NCBI GenBank assembly: GCA_041749015.1
Contig: JBGTCD010000155.1
Span: 9,068 to 73,067 of the forward strand
Length of the DNA: 64,000 nt
Source: Cyclobacteriaceae bacterium
GTDB lineage: Bacteria > Bacteroidota > Bacteroidia > Cytophagales > Cyclobacteriaceae
Reading direction: 5' to 3'
A program made the translations under genes and the position numbers. Shown here piece by piece: positions 37,191 to 47,197 of the stretch (position 1 is the stretch's first letter; each line of letters opens with the position of its first letter). The notes under the pieces were generated by a model. The model ran no database searches. It saw only the letters and a list, made by a program, of their open reading frames with translations, and had not been told where the DNA came from.

Positions 37191-37267
37191 TTAAAATTTG
37201 GGACTGCAAATATGGGTAAAGAAATCCTGATTTTCAACGACACGGTAAAATTTGGGCTTCGGGAACC

Positions 37268-37570
37268 TCAAACAGGACGGACTTCAATCAATTTTTCGAG
37301 CGAAAAGGCCACCGTCTTTTCGGCAAACAAAGGCTTGACCTGCTCCCATACCAATTTAAAAACTTCTGAATTCCGGTATGCCTCCAAATCCTTTTCCGAC
37401 TCCCACTGGCTCATGGTGGTCATCACATTGGGATTGCCGGGCTCCTTCATCAGGGCCAGGTGGGTACAGCCCGGGAAAGACCGGATGTCTTTTTTGTACC
37501 GGTTGAAGATATCTAGAAATTCCGCCGCTTTTCCGGGGATGAAGGTCATTTTAACGATTCTAACCAGCAT
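37268..37570 (-). CDS. antibiotic biosynthesis monooxygenase (ABM) domain protein
   Basis: 100 aa from MLVRIVKMTF. It shows a ferredoxin-like ABM pattern with WESEKDLEAYRNSEVF. The longer ORF to 37687 overlaps the upstream gene. Confidence 0.6.
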   Translation of the reverse strand: MLVRIVKMTFIPGKAAEFLDIFNRYKKDIRSFPGCTHLALMKEPGNPNVMTTMSQWESEKDLEAYRNSEVFKLVWEQVKPLFAEKTVAFSLEKLIEVRPV

Positions 37571-37574
37571 AGTA

Positions 37575-38342
37575 TTAACTTTCAAAATTGATGTGAACAG
37601 GGCTGTCAAGTTCCAATCCGAGGAGGTCGCCGGCATGGCCCTGGAAAATACCGATTTCCAAGTACCCTTCACTATTGAACAGGGCAAAGCAATCTCCCGG
37701 CTCTACCTGGTGGTAGTGATAGTGTATCCTGGGCAGCTTTTCTCTGCCAAACCGGAGTTGGTACTTCTTATCCTTAGACAAAATATCAAAGGTATTCTGA
37801 TCAATATTGGTGATGAGGTTGCCATAATGGTCTACCCGTACCACATGGCCCGATATAATCTGCTTCGTCGCCTTGATCTGTCGGCCCAGCATCCTGAAAA
37901 TGGACTCGACCGTGGTACCCAATTTACCAATCTCAGTCCCATTAGCCAGGGCTGCGGCAGCCGGTGCCAGGATGTTTTTTCCGGGGAAGGTGCCTTGCCC
38001 ATCCTCCTTGAGGCCCACAGCTTTATACTCAGTCTGTTCCAGCAAAAGACCAAAAACCCCATTATCAGGTCCTAAAAAGTAATAGTCTCCGGCATCTATG
38101 GCGAGGTGTTGGTTGGATTTGTGACCGGCGGCATTCACCGCTACCAGATGGATGGTGTTTTTTGGAAAATCCCGGTATACCCTTTGAAGGGTGTAGGCTG
38201 CATGGGCGATATCACAAGGACTGATCTGGTGTGTAATGTCCACAATAACTGCTGCAGGGCATGTAGAAAGGATGGCGGCCTTTACAGCGGCCACGTAATG
38301 ATCGCTGTCACCATAATCAGAAGTGAGGGTGACAATTGCCAT
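37575..38342 (-). CDS. SAM hydrolase / SAM hydroxide adenosyltransferase family (DUF62) protein
   Basis: The N-terminus MAIVTLTSDYGDSDHYVAAVKAAI and the 255-aa size are typical of DUF62. Confidence 0.78.
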   Translation of the reverse strand: MAIVTLTSDYGDSDHYVAAVKAAILSTCPAAVIVDITHQISPCDIAHAAYTLQRVYRDFPKNTIHLVAVNAAGHKSNQHLAIDAGDYYFLGPDNGVFGLLLEQTEYKAVGLKEDGQGTFPGKNILAPAAAALANGTEIGKLGTTVESIFRMLGRQIKATKQIISGHVVRVDHYGNLITNIDQNTFDILSKDKKYQLRFGREKLPRIHYHYHQVEPGDCFALFNSEGYLEIGIFQGHAGDLLGLELDSPVHINFES

Positions 38343-38483
38343 AGGGATTATTTAAAGGCTTCCGATGAACCGGGCCAGTAGATTTTCGTTATAATTTTGT
38401 AGGACATGGGTTATATGACTATTTTTGTAAGGAACGTTTGAGACAAAATTAGGTCTAAATTCACGAATTAATAAAAAAATCAT

Positions 38484-39425
38484 TTGGTAGAAAAGGTTAT
38501 TACGCTCGAAAATATCTCCCTGATCGATTTTCTGGGAGTAGAAAACAAAAATATCAACGATGTTGCGGCAGCTTTTCCAAAAAGCAAGATCGTTTCCAGA
38601 GGAAATGAGCTAAGGATCAAGGGGAGCTCCGATGAAATCCTAAAAATCAACGACATCCTCAATGCCCTGCTGAACCACTATCATAAATTCGGGCAGGTGA
38701 CCCCTGACAATGTGCAGGCTTATCTTACCAAGGAGCATCAGGAGATTTCCAGTATGGCCAGTGACCAGATATTAATCTATGGCACCCGTGGGTTTGGCAT
38801 CAAGCCCAAGTCGCTCAACCAGCAAAAGTTGGTCTATGCTATCGAGGAAAATGACCTGGTTTTTGCCTGTGGTCCCGCCGGTACCGGTAAAACCTATATT
38901 TCGGTAGCACTTGCCGTGAAGGCTCTAAAAAATAAGGAAGTCCGTAAAATTATCATCACCAGGCCGGCAGTGGAGGCGGGTGAAAATCTGGGATTCCTGC
39001 CAGGTGACCTCAAAGAAAAGCTGGACCCCTATCTCCGGCCTATTTATGATGCCCTGAGGGATATGGTGCCGGCAGAAAAGCTTCGGTTCTATATGGAAAA
39101 TAATGTCATCGAAATTGCACCTTTGGCATATATGAGAGGCCGCACGCTCAATAACGCTTTCATCCTCCTGGATGAGGCACAGAATACTTCTCCTATGCAG
39201 ATCAAGATGTTTCTTACCCGGATGGGTCCTGAATCTAAAATGATCATCACTGGTGACACATCCCAGATCGACTTGCCCAAAAATCAGCAGTCAGGGCTGA
39301 TAGAGGCTATGAGCATCCTTAAGGGCGTATCCGGTATTGGCTTTGTAGACCTCACCGAAAAGGATGTGATCCGCCACAAAATTGTGAGAAGCATTATTTC
39401 TGCCTACCAAAAAGCTGATAAGTAG
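38484..39425 (+). CDS. phoH: PhoH family ATPase
   Basis: Walker A GPAGTGKTY, Walker B ILLDEAQN, and a PhoH-like C-terminus. Confidence 0.9.
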   Translation: MVEKVITLENISLIDFLGVENKNINDVAAAFPKSKIVSRGNELRIKGSSDEILKINDILNALLNHYHKFGQVTPDNVQAYLTKEHQEISSMASDQILIYGTRGFGIKPKSLNQQKLVYAIEENDLVFACGPAGTGKTYISVALAVKALKNKEVRKIIITRPAVEAGENLGFLPGDLKEKLDPYLRPIYDALRDMVPAEKLRFYMENNVIEIAPLAYMRGRTLNNAFILLDEAQNTSPMQIKMFLTRMGPESKMIITGDTSQIDLPKNQQSGLIEAMSILKGVSGIGFVDLTEKDVIRHKIVRSIISAYQKADK

Positions 39426-39427
39426 CA

Positions 39428-39862
39428 GTGTATTCAGTCCGCCTTATCGAGGAAGAATCTGAATTGCAGGCAGCCTTTGCCATCCGCAGGGAAGTATTTG
39501 TGAAAGGGCAGAAAGTGGCACCCGAAGAGGAGTTTGATGCTTATGAAACGACCTCATTTCATTTTCTGGCAGTGGATGCTGAAGGCACACCCATCGGAAC
39601 GGGTCGTTGGCGGTTTACCGACAAAGGCATCAAGATCGAAAGGATCGCAGTGATGGAAGCCCAGCGTGGGAAGGGGGTAGGTGCCCAAATCATGGATACA
39701 CTCATGGCCCATATTGCCCGGCATCCGGAAAGTGGCGATCATATGATCTATATGCATGCCCAGGTACAGGTGGTGGATTTTTATCGGCCTATGGGCTTCC
39801 GCACGGTAGGGGATGTCTTCGACGAATGCGGGATCATGCATTACAAGATGATGTTGGATTAG
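39428..39862 (+). CDS. GNAT family N-acetyltransferase
   Basis: 144 aa with acetyl-CoA-binding motif QRGKGVGAQIM. GTG start. Confidence 0.85.
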   Translation: MYSVRLIEEESELQAAFAIRREVFVKGQKVAPEEEFDAYETTSFHFLAVDAEGTPIGTGRWRFTDKGIKIERIAVMEAQRGKGVGAQIMDTLMAHIARHPESGDHMIYMHAQVQVVDFYRPMGFRTVGDVFDECGIMHYKMMLD

Positions 39863-39920
39863 GCCTTTGGCCGACTTTGACTTTGACCATGACACTAACG
39901 CTAACCCTAATATTTATATC

Positions 39921-40141
39921 GTCATTGCGAGTAAACCAGATACTGCGGTAGCAGAAACTGGTTGACGCGGCAATCTCGTGAATTGAAACGTACTGGATTT
40001 TTAAGTCGGAGATTGCCGCGCTCCCACGCTTAAGGCCCATACGCCCGCTCGCAATGACCGTGGATTGTTTTTTTCGTCATTTCGACCCCTGCTCCTATCG
40101 GAAAAATCTTAATAACAGGCATTACAGGGGGAGAAATCTCC
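39921..40141. repeat. cluster of REP-like elements (nested inverted repeats)
   Basis: gtcattgcgag (39921-31) pairs with ctcgcaatgac (40048-58). cgcggcaatctc (39966-77) pairs with gagattgccgcg (40009-20). A related copy cgtcatttcgac..gagaaatctcc lies at 40075-40141. Confidence 0.65.
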
Positions 40142-40206
40142 TGAATTGGAAACGGAATGGTGTTGGTATAAAACTTCTTTTCGTCTTTGCTAGAAGTGGT
40201 AATAAA

Positions 40207-40677
40207 TTAAAATGATTCTTCCTTTTCAAGAAACTGAGCCTTAAATTGAGGCTCAGGATCAATAAATTTCTTCCATGGTAAGCCTGAACTTTCTTGAATT
40301 TTTTTGGTGATGAAAAGCCTCATTTTGCAAAAATCAAAAACGTAAAACTGAGACCATCCAATTGGTGAGGAGTAATGTTCGACTACAGTCGGATATCCTC
40401 TCTCTGTGATTGTAACATCAGCTAACTCCGCTGCACATATGGAATTTTTATAAATCATTTTATTTCCTCTTAACAATATCAGTTCATTATATACCTCACA
40501 GAACCCTTGATCAGTTTCTACTAATTGTTTTTTGTGTAATTGCAAAATAATACTTCCAATTTTGACTTCATCCTTCTCTACTATTTCCTGTGACTTTAAA
40601 GTCAACGATGATAATAATACCACACTAATTACAGCTAACTTCAATTTCTTCAGGTAGGTGAAAATCCTCAATTTCAT
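40207..40677 (-). CDS. hypothetical secreted protein
   Basis: 156-aa ORF with a signal-like N-terminus. It is flanked by inverted REP-like copies. Confidence 0.45.
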   Translation of the reverse strand: MKLRIFTYLKKLKLAVISVVLLSSLTLKSQEIVEKDEVKIGSIILQLHKKQLVETDQGFCEVYNELILLRGNKMIYKNSICAAELADVTITERGYPTVVEHYSSPIGWSQFYVFDFCKMRLFITKKIQESSGLPWKKFIDPEPQFKAQFLEKEESF

Positions 40678-40831
40678 TTATTGCTTTTTAATTTCCTCAA
40701 TTAAAAATAAACGATAAAGAGCCAATTTCCTATTAAATAAAACTGAAAACCAATCCGCATTGAGGAAGAAACCTCTAGATGGGGAATCAAAATACGGTTG
40801 ATGTGAAAGTAACTATTCGTCTCCGCTAGTA

Positions 40832-40895
40832 GGAGATTTCTCGGGCACTTCATTGTCATTCATATTATTCATTATTGTAAGCCCGTCGAAATGAA
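40832..40895. repeat. REP-like element, inverted copy of 40075-40141
   Basis: ggagatttctc (40832-42) and gtcgaaatgaa (40885-95) are reverse complements of gagaaatctcc and (t)tcatttcgac on the other side of the gene. Confidence 0.6.
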
Positions 40896-41055
40896 GATAG
40901 GTTGGTAGTTTTGCCTGCTGCCTACTGATTACTGCCTACTAGAAAAGCGGGATCTTCACTCTAGTAAAAAAATTGATAGCTTAGAAAGCCGTATTTTGAT
41001 AAATATGAATATATTTATTTGCGGAAAATATCAAGGGAATAAACTCACAGTAATT

Positions 41056-41298
41056 ATGGCTAAAAAGAACCTTACCGAACATACGCCAGAAGAGCTAAAA
41101 AAATTAAAAGGACTGCATCAGGTAATTATTTTCATCTTGGGGACCATTATTGTTTTAACGGTAGCTTATGCGATTTACCGTTCCGAGGTATTATCACTGG
41201 AGTTTGAGCCCGCTCTAGTCACGATAGTGGTAATCATGATGGTTCCGATTTTAATATCGATAATGCAGGTCAAAAAGATCAATGACCATATCAAATAG
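41056..41298 (+). CDS. small membrane protein
   Basis: 80 aa from MAKKNL with two hydrophobic helices. Confidence 0.4.
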   Translation: MAKKNLTEHTPEELKKLKGLHQVIIFILGTIIVLTVAYAIYRSEVLSLEFEPALVTIVVIMMVPILISIMQVKKINDHIK

Positions 41299-41439
41299 AT
41301 AACTGGTCTGGACCTTGAGGTATGCCTTAGCACCTTTTCCAGTCAATGACAAGGAGTGGTTGACTATTGGTGTTCAGATTTGGTGTTTGGTATTACTTTT
41401 TAACCTTTGCTCCTTGAAAGTATTTTTAAATAACTTGAG

Positions 41440-42717
41440 TTGACTATTTCTGGATATCCTACCATACCCTTAGCAGAACGGATGCGCCCTAAGACCCTGG
41501 ATCAGGTATTGGGACAAGAGCACCTTACAGGACCTGAAAAGGTTCTGCGAATCACCCTTGAGAAGGGGATGGTGCCTTCTATGATTTTCTGGGGTCCTCC
41601 AGGGGTAGGCAAGACCACCCTGGCGCAGGTGATTGCTCATCAGTCAGGGAAGCCTTTCTATGGCCTAAGTGCTATCAAAGCCGGTGTCAAAGAGGTCAGG
41701 GAAGTCATTGACAAGGCACGGTTCAGCCCAGGGTCTATCCTTTTTATTGATGAGATCCACCGGTTTAATAAAGGGCAGCAGGATGCATTGCTCGGAGCCG
41801 TAGAAAAGGGCCATATCGTCCTGATCGGTGCCACTACTGAGAATCCCAGTTTTGAGGTCAATTCGGCCCTGTTATCCAGGTGTCAGGTGTATACCCTTAA
41901 GCCGCTCGAAAAATCCCACCTGCAGCAATTGGTGAATACAGCCTTAAAGGAAGATCAATGGCTCAATAAACTCAACATTAAGATCAAAGAAGATGAGGCC
42001 CTCATCAGGCTTTCGGGTGGGGATGCCCGGAGGCTGCTCAATCTCGTGGAGCTGGTGGTGCAGGCAGCAGGGGGTGACAAGGTAGTGCTGGACGATGCTT
42101 TGGTGACAGACCTGGTACAAAAGAAAATGGCCCTTTACGATAAAACCGGAGAGCAGCATTATGACATCATCTCGGCTTTTATCAAATCCATCCGGGGTAG
42201 TGATCCTAACGCGGCCGTATACTATCTGGCCCGGATGATAGAGGGTGGTGAGGATGTAAAGTTTATCGCCCGGCGCATGCTCATTCTGGCATCAGAGGAT
42301 ATTGGCAATGCCAATCCTACCGCTCTCGTGCTGGCTACCAATACCTTTCAGGCAGTGCAACTAATCGGATACCCTGAGGCGGAAATTATTCTATCTCAGT
42401 GTGCCGTGTATCTGGCGTGCTCCAAAAAAAGTAATGCCAGCTATGTGGCCATCAAAAAGGCCCGAAAGAAAGTATCTGAAACCGGCGACCTCAGCATACC
42501 GCTTTCTATAAGAAATGCGCCAACAAAACTCATGAAAGATGCCGGTTATGGCAAGGGGTATGCTTACGCACATGATTACGAGGATAACTTCACAGCCATG
42601 GAATTCTTGCCCGATGCTATTGCCGATACCAAGTTTTATGATCCTGGCAACAATCCCCGTGAGGCAGAAATGCGGCAATTCCTTCGCCTACTTTGGAAGG
42701 ATAAGTATGAGTACTAG
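41440..42717 (+). CDS. rarA: replication-associated recombination protein A (MgsA/RarA AAA+ ATPase)
   Basis: [20 protein letters not shown], Walker [18 protein letters not shown], and an MgsA C-terminal domain. TTG start. Confidence 0.9.
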   Translation: MTISGYPTIPLAERMRPKTLDQVLGQEHLTGPEKVLRITLEKGMVPSMIFWGPPGVGKTTLAQVIAHQSGKPFYGLSAIKAGVKEVREVIDKARFSPGSILFIDEIHRFNKGQQDALLGAVEKGHIVLIGATTENPSFEVNSALLSRCQVYTLKPLEKSHLQQLVNTALKEDQWLNKLNIKIKEDEALIRLSGGDARRLLNLVELVVQAAGGDKVVLDDALVTDLVQKKMALYDKTGEQHYDIISAFIKSIRGSDPNAAVYYLARMIEGGEDVKFIARRMLILASEDIGNANPTALVLATNTFQAVQLIGYPEAEIILSQCAVYLACSKKSNASYVAIKKARKKVSETGDLSIPLSIRNAPTKLMKDAGYGKGYAYAHDYEDNFTAMEFLPDAIADTKFYDPGNNPREAEMRQFLRLLWKDKYEY

Positions 42718-42795
42718 TAATTTTGGAAACCGGTAAGCTTATAATGGCCATTGATTAGCCTGAGGCAGTGAATTGGCACAAAAGGACCTAAAAGC

Positions 42796-42833
42796 AAAAT
42801 ACTCCCTCAGCACCTGGTGCCGGGGAGTATTTT
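42796..42833. terminator. bidirectional rho-independent terminator between convergent genes
   Basis: aaaatactccc...ggggagtatttt forms an 11-bp stem with an inner gcacc/ggtgc stem. It is flanked by A- and T-runs. Confidence 0.75.
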
Positions 42834-42962
42834 GTGTCTATAGTTGGCTTTAATCATTATAAAGGTAATGCAATAGTTCTTGCCGGGAAATTCATTACCG
42901 ATAACTGGCATTTCTGATTGTTAAGGAGAGTTATTTTAAAGACGAATGCCTTTTTACGCACC

Positions 42963-44216
42963 TTATTCAAAATCTCTGAATTGCTCCTCCAGGTCTTTTT
43001 CAGATTCCAGGTCTTGCATCACCTGCTGGTCAAGGGGACTTTCTTTGATGAAATTGTAGTTGTCCCAAAACTCCTTATTGTAGGGCCGGTCCTGAAACTG
43101 CAGACCATACCGTTTCATTTTTTCGGTGCTGCTGATTTGTTCTTCACTGTGAGGTTCAATTTCATTGACCAGCAATTCCTGAATGAGCTCAGTGCTGAAT
43201 TTCTTTTCCATGGTTTTCCTGTCATACCATTGGGTATATGAGGTCACCTGCATGTAGTTGAGATACATTTTACCATCATACTCCCTGTAGTCAATGACCT
43301 TGCTCATGCGTTCCAGCATGTTTACCATATTTCCCTTTTTAGTAATTTTATCGGAGGTGCCGATTTCGTACTCCATCCGGAGAATTTTGTATTCTTCAAT
43401 ATCAATGTAAAACTGGAGCTTGTAGCCTGAGCTTTGGCAAATCACGAAAACAGGGCGGCCATTGTAGAAGGAATTTTTTTCCCTTCGAAAGTTATCAAAA
43501 AAGTATTCGGTCTGAGCAAACTGTCTGTATTTGATATTATTGTGGAGTAGGAGCTCTTCCAGGAGATTAGACTGATCAAAATATTTGGTAAAGCGATGGT
43601 TATAGCCCAGGCTTTTTCTTACTTCTACCAATGCGACTTTTTCCCTGAGCCTGAATTTGTTTCTGGGCTCTTCATAATCTTCATCATAGATCTTTACAGC
43701 AGCCTCCAAAAGTGAAAAGTATTTTCCCCCGATTTTTTTGATGTCCCGGTAAAACCCATGCATCATATAGGGAGCATCAGGGTGATTTTGACTGATTCTA
43801 CTCAGGGCGATCTGTGCAATTTCTCCAGCACTCAGGGAATCTTCGATGGTGATCTCCTCAAGTTGGTGTACAGCTTTATTCATCTCCAATATGACCATAC
43901 CCTGTCCTGTCAACTCGCTTACAGGCATTTCCAGGGTGATGTACCCCAGCATTGAAATACCAAATGTGGCATTCAGATATTGATCTGGAAAATGAAAGTC
44001 AAATTCACCGTTGGCATTGGAAACCGTGCCGAAAGAAGCGCCCTGTATGCCTACGGTAGCAAATACCAAAGGTTCTTTGCTCTCTGCGTCAATCACCTGG
44101 CCTGAAATTGTAATTCGGCCTTTCTGGGCCATAAGGGCGGTATTTGGCATGAAAAACAGTAAAATCCATACTGTAATCCAAACGGGGATCATATTATGAA
44201 AATGCAATCTTACCAT
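42963..44216 (-). CDS. carboxypeptidase-like regulatory domain protein
   Basis: Signal peptide followed by ISGQVIDAESKEPLVFATVGIQGASFGTVSNANGEFDF (CarboxypepD_reg-like). Confidence 0.7.
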   Translation of the reverse strand: MVRLHFHNMIPVWITVWILLFFMPNTALMAQKGRITISGQVIDAESKEPLVFATVGIQGASFGTVSNANGEFDFHFPDQYLNATFGISMLGYITLEMPVSELTGQGMVILEMNKAVHQLEEITIEDSLSAGEIAQIALSRISQNHPDAPYMMHGFYRDIKKIGGKYFSLLEAAVKIYDEDYEEPRNKFRLREKVALVEVRKSLGYNHRFTKYFDQSNLLEELLLHNNIKYRQFAQTEYFFDNFRREKNSFYNGRPVFVICQSSGYKLQFYIDIEEYKILRMEYEIGTSDKITKKGNMVNMLERMSKVIDYREYDGKMYLNYMQVTSYTQWYDRKTMEKKFSTELIQELLVNEIEPHSEEQISSTEKMKRYGLQFQDRPYNKEFWDNYNFIKESPLDQQVMQDLESEKDLEEQFRDFE

Positions 44217-44413
44217 TCCAAGCCAAATGTTTGTGAGGCAATTTAGAGTTTTCCAGCGGGTTATTTGATTTTACCAACCTTAATATCGACCATGTAACGA
44301 AACCAACAAAGTGAATTAACGATAAATTGCCCAACTTCGCACGCATCAATGGGGTTATATTAAATAAATAAATATTTAATTACCTATTACAGGATAATCG
44401 TATAGAGTTAGGA

Positions 44414-45577
44414 TTGGGTTTATTCGAAAATATACCGAAAATTTGGAAGCAGGCTTACCTGCTCATGTGTTTGTGGTACGGCATTAATTTTTTGGTCAGT
44501 ACCCTGGCTGAGTATTACCTGTTCCGGCCCTACAGCCATGTGCTTTGGAGTGGTCTTTACATGTTTGAGGCGGTTTGCATTTTCATTATCCTGATTTTCC
44601 TGTATACCCGATGGTTATTTAAGTTTAACATCCCACTACAAGTATTTGGCCATTTCGGCGGGCTAGTGCTGTATTTTATTTTGATGGGGTCTGTGTCGTA
44701 TTACTTTGATTATTATCAGGACGGGTTCAGGTATTTTGATGACTGGAAACAATACATGACCGAGCTCCTGAGCTGGGATGCGCTCCGGTTTCATGACCAG
44801 TACATCATCACGGTAGCGGTGTTTTACATCATCAGGTATTTTGAAAGCCTGCAGAAAAAAGAAAAAGAAAAAAGTGAGCTGGACCTTAAGAATAAGGAAA
44901 TGCAGCTCAATTTATTGCGCTCTCAGATCAATCCCCATTTCTTATTCAATACCTTAAATTCGATCAGTACCCTGATGAATACCAGTAAAGAAAAAGCCCG
45001 GAAAATGATCACCCAGTTGTCGGACATATTCCGGTACGCCCTTGACTCCCATGGCGGCGAGGAGGTGAAGCTGATCCATGAACTTACCTTCATTGAAAAC
45101 TTCATCAAGATACAGCAAGTACGTTTTGGCGAAAGGCTTAAATACATTACCCATGTAGAGCCGGAGTGCCTTGGCGTGGGGATCCCCCCGATGATACTAC
45201 AGCCTCTGGTAGAAAACTCAGTGAAGTACGGCATAGCCCCCAAGGATAGTGGGGGTACCATCGAGCTGACCATAAAAAGAAACCGGGAGGGGGTGTTTTT
45301 TGAGGTCAAAGATGATGGGATGGGCACCAATGCTAAAAAAGTACTGGATGGTGAGGCCTCTTCAGGTGTAGGATTGAAAAACTCGGACAGACGTCTGAGA
45401 AGCATGTACGGCGATAGTGCCGGCCTTTACGTTAATGCCAGTGAGGAGGGTTATGTCGTGAGCTTTACCCTGCCAGACAAAATCTATAGGTTGAGCCAAT
45501 TTGAGGAAAGAAGCACTCAACAAAACAATTTGCTAATTAAGGAAAACGGTAAACAAACTATAAAATCAGCATTATGA
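44414..45577 (+). CDS. LytS/YehU-type sensor histidine kinase
   Basis: Multi-TM N-terminus, LRSQINPHFLFNTLNSI (His_kinase) and the HATPase N-box LVENSVKYG. The start is uncertain (TTG at 44414 or ATG at 44465). Confidence 0.85.
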   Translation: MGLFENIPKIWKQAYLLMCLWYGINFLVSTLAEYYLFRPYSHVLWSGLYMFEAVCIFIILIFLYTRWLFKFNIPLQVFGHFGGLVLYFILMGSVSYYFDYYQDGFRYFDDWKQYMTELLSWDALRFHDQYIITVAVFYIIRYFESLQKKEKEKSELDLKNKEMQLNLLRSQINPHFLFNTLNSISTLMNTSKEKARKMITQLSDIFRYALDSHGGEEVKLIHELTFIENFIKIQQVRFGERLKYITHVEPECLGVGIPPMILQPLVENSVKYGIAPKDSGGTIELTIKRNREGVFFEVKDDGMGTNAKKVLDGEASSGVGLKNSDRRLRSMYGDSAGLYVNASEEGYVVSFTLPDKIYRLSQFEERSTQQNNLLIKENGKQTIKSAL

Positions 45578-46314
45578 AAATTGATTGCCTCATAGTAGAT
45601 GATGAACAATTAGCCAGAGATTTACTGGTAGAATTTTTAGACGATTACCCCAATATTCAGATTATAGGGCAGGCGACCAAAGGGTCGGAAGCTGTTGAGA
45701 TGATTAATAAGCATGAGCCCAAATTGATCTTTCTGGATGTACAGATGCCAGGTATGGATGGGTTTGATGTGCTGGAAGCCATTGATCACCGGCCTTATGT
45801 AATTTTTTGCACTGCCTATGACCAATATGCTATCAGGGCTTTTGACCAGAATGCTGTTGATTATTTATTGAAACCTTTGGACAAAGAGCGGTTTGCCCTT
45901 GCGGTAAAGCGGGCTACCAAAAGAATAGAAGCAGAAGAATCGAATCTGGAGGTACTACTGCAGGCCATTAAGAAGAGTGACAATAAATATTCCACCCATA
46001 TTTTTGTTCAGAAATCAGAGCGCCTTCTCAACCTTCCTACCTCTGATATTATACAATTGGAGGCTTCCGGTGACTATACGGTGCTCTCTACCAAGGTAGA
46101 CCAGTACTTGAGTTCATCGGGGATCGGAAAGCTTGAAGAAAAGCTGGACCCTGAGGTATTCATTCGCATCCACAGGTCTACCATTATCAACCTCAATTAC
46201 CTGAAGGAGATTGAAAAGCATTTCAATGGTGGATTGGTAGTCAAGATGGTCAATGGTAAAAGTTTTCCGGTGAGCCGTACCTATGCCAAGCAGATCAGGA
46301 AGAAGGTGGTTTGA
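45574..46314 (+). CDS. LytTR family response regulator
   Basis: Receiver domain (DDEQLARD..LDVQMPGMDG..K) plus a LytTR DNA-binding domain (IHRSTIINLNYL). It overlaps the kinase stop by 4 nt. Confidence 0.9.
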   Translation: MKIDCLIVDDEQLARDLLVEFLDDYPNIQIIGQATKGSEAVEMINKHEPKLIFLDVQMPGMDGFDVLEAIDHRPYVIFCTAYDQYAIRAFDQNAVDYLLKPLDKERFALAVKRATKRIEAEESNLEVLLQAIKKSDNKYSTHIFVQKSERLLNLPTSDIIQLEASGDYTVLSTKVDQYLSSSGIGKLEEKLDPEVFIRIHRSTIINLNYLKEIEKHFNGGLVVKMVNGKSFPVSRTYAKQIRKKVV

Positions 46315-46450
46315 TGGTGTGAGAGGTTAGAATTTAGAAGTTAGTATTGAGTTTTATTTTTGGTAAAGATTGGTTACTGTGGACTGCTGACTGAAGACCA
46401 CCCGGCTTTTCAGGCAAGTTGTGTTGTTTAAAAAACAATTTTTGGTTTTT

Positions 46451-47014
46451 TTACCTTCCTATCCTGTAGGAGGCAGATAATGAATGAATCTGTCTAAACC
46501 AAAAAAAATCAATTCCATACGAAAATTTGATCCGGTCATTGATCTCGGAGTTTGAATAGGTCACTAAAAGTCCTAAACCCGGTTCAAATTGATTTTGATG
46601 CTCAGAGTACAAAACCTCTCCACCTGGATCAATTGAAACTAAATAATCAAGGATATTACCGTAGAAAATATGTCCTCCTAAGGCTACGGATAATTCTTTG
46701 TTTTCAGTCTTTTGAATGATTTTATTGATATAAGAGCTGGCTCGAAATCCAAATTCATACCACCATGTTACGCAATTGCCCGGGTCGTTGCAGGCAGGCA
46801 ACCAGTCTATACCTATTGAATTGCCCCAATAAAGGTTGCGCTTAGTGGAGATTAACCTTAGGTTTTCACCATAGAGCCCCAATCCTATGTTATTACCATG
46901 ATCAAACAATTGACTTTGAACCATGATAGTTCTCAAAACTAAGTAGTTTTGACTTTTTTGGGCATATAAGAGGTTAGCCGAAAATAATAAAGTAAATAAT
47001 AGAAAATACTTCAT
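46451..47014 (-). CDS. hypothetical secreted / beta-barrel-like protein
   Basis: Signal peptide MKYFLLFTLLFSANLLYAQ. The ORF is open to 47056. No recognised domain. Confidence 0.45.
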   Translation of the reverse strand: MKYFLLFTLLFSANLLYAQKSQNYLVLRTIMVQSQLFDHGNNIGLGLYGENLRLISTKRNLYWGNSIGIDWLPACNDPGNCVTWWYEFGFRASSYINKIIQKTENKELSVALGGHIFYGNILDYLVSIDPGGEVLYSEHQNQFEPGLGLLVTYSNSEINDRIKFSYGIDFFWFRQIHSLSASYRIGR

Positions 47015-47197
47015 GCTATTTTGGTGTCCATGCCAATATAATGTTATTATATCCAATTTATGAAAATTTGAAATTATTCCAAAAATTCACAACTTAATTC
47101 TAATAACTAACCTCTATCCTCTAGCTTCTAACCTCTCCTCAAGGCCTGAGCTCCATATCGATGCTGTATGGATTCCGGTGAGCCTTTCCTATGCAAT

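Noticed and set aside
37164-38075. 303-aa plus-strand ORF spanning the tRNA-repeat edge, the ABM gene and the DUF62 gene.
   Set aside because: It lies antisense to two ORFs with recognisable domain signatures (ABM, DUF62). Its sequence has no motif and starts inside the tandem repeat, so it is very likely spurious.
39860-39915. Low-complexity tract gactttgactttgaccatgacactaacgctaaccctaa, which gives the TLTLTMTLTLTL peptide in ORF 39607-39951.
   Set aside because: That ORF overlaps the GNAT gene out of frame. The tract is a short degenerate tandem repeat in the 3' flank, with no evidence of coding.
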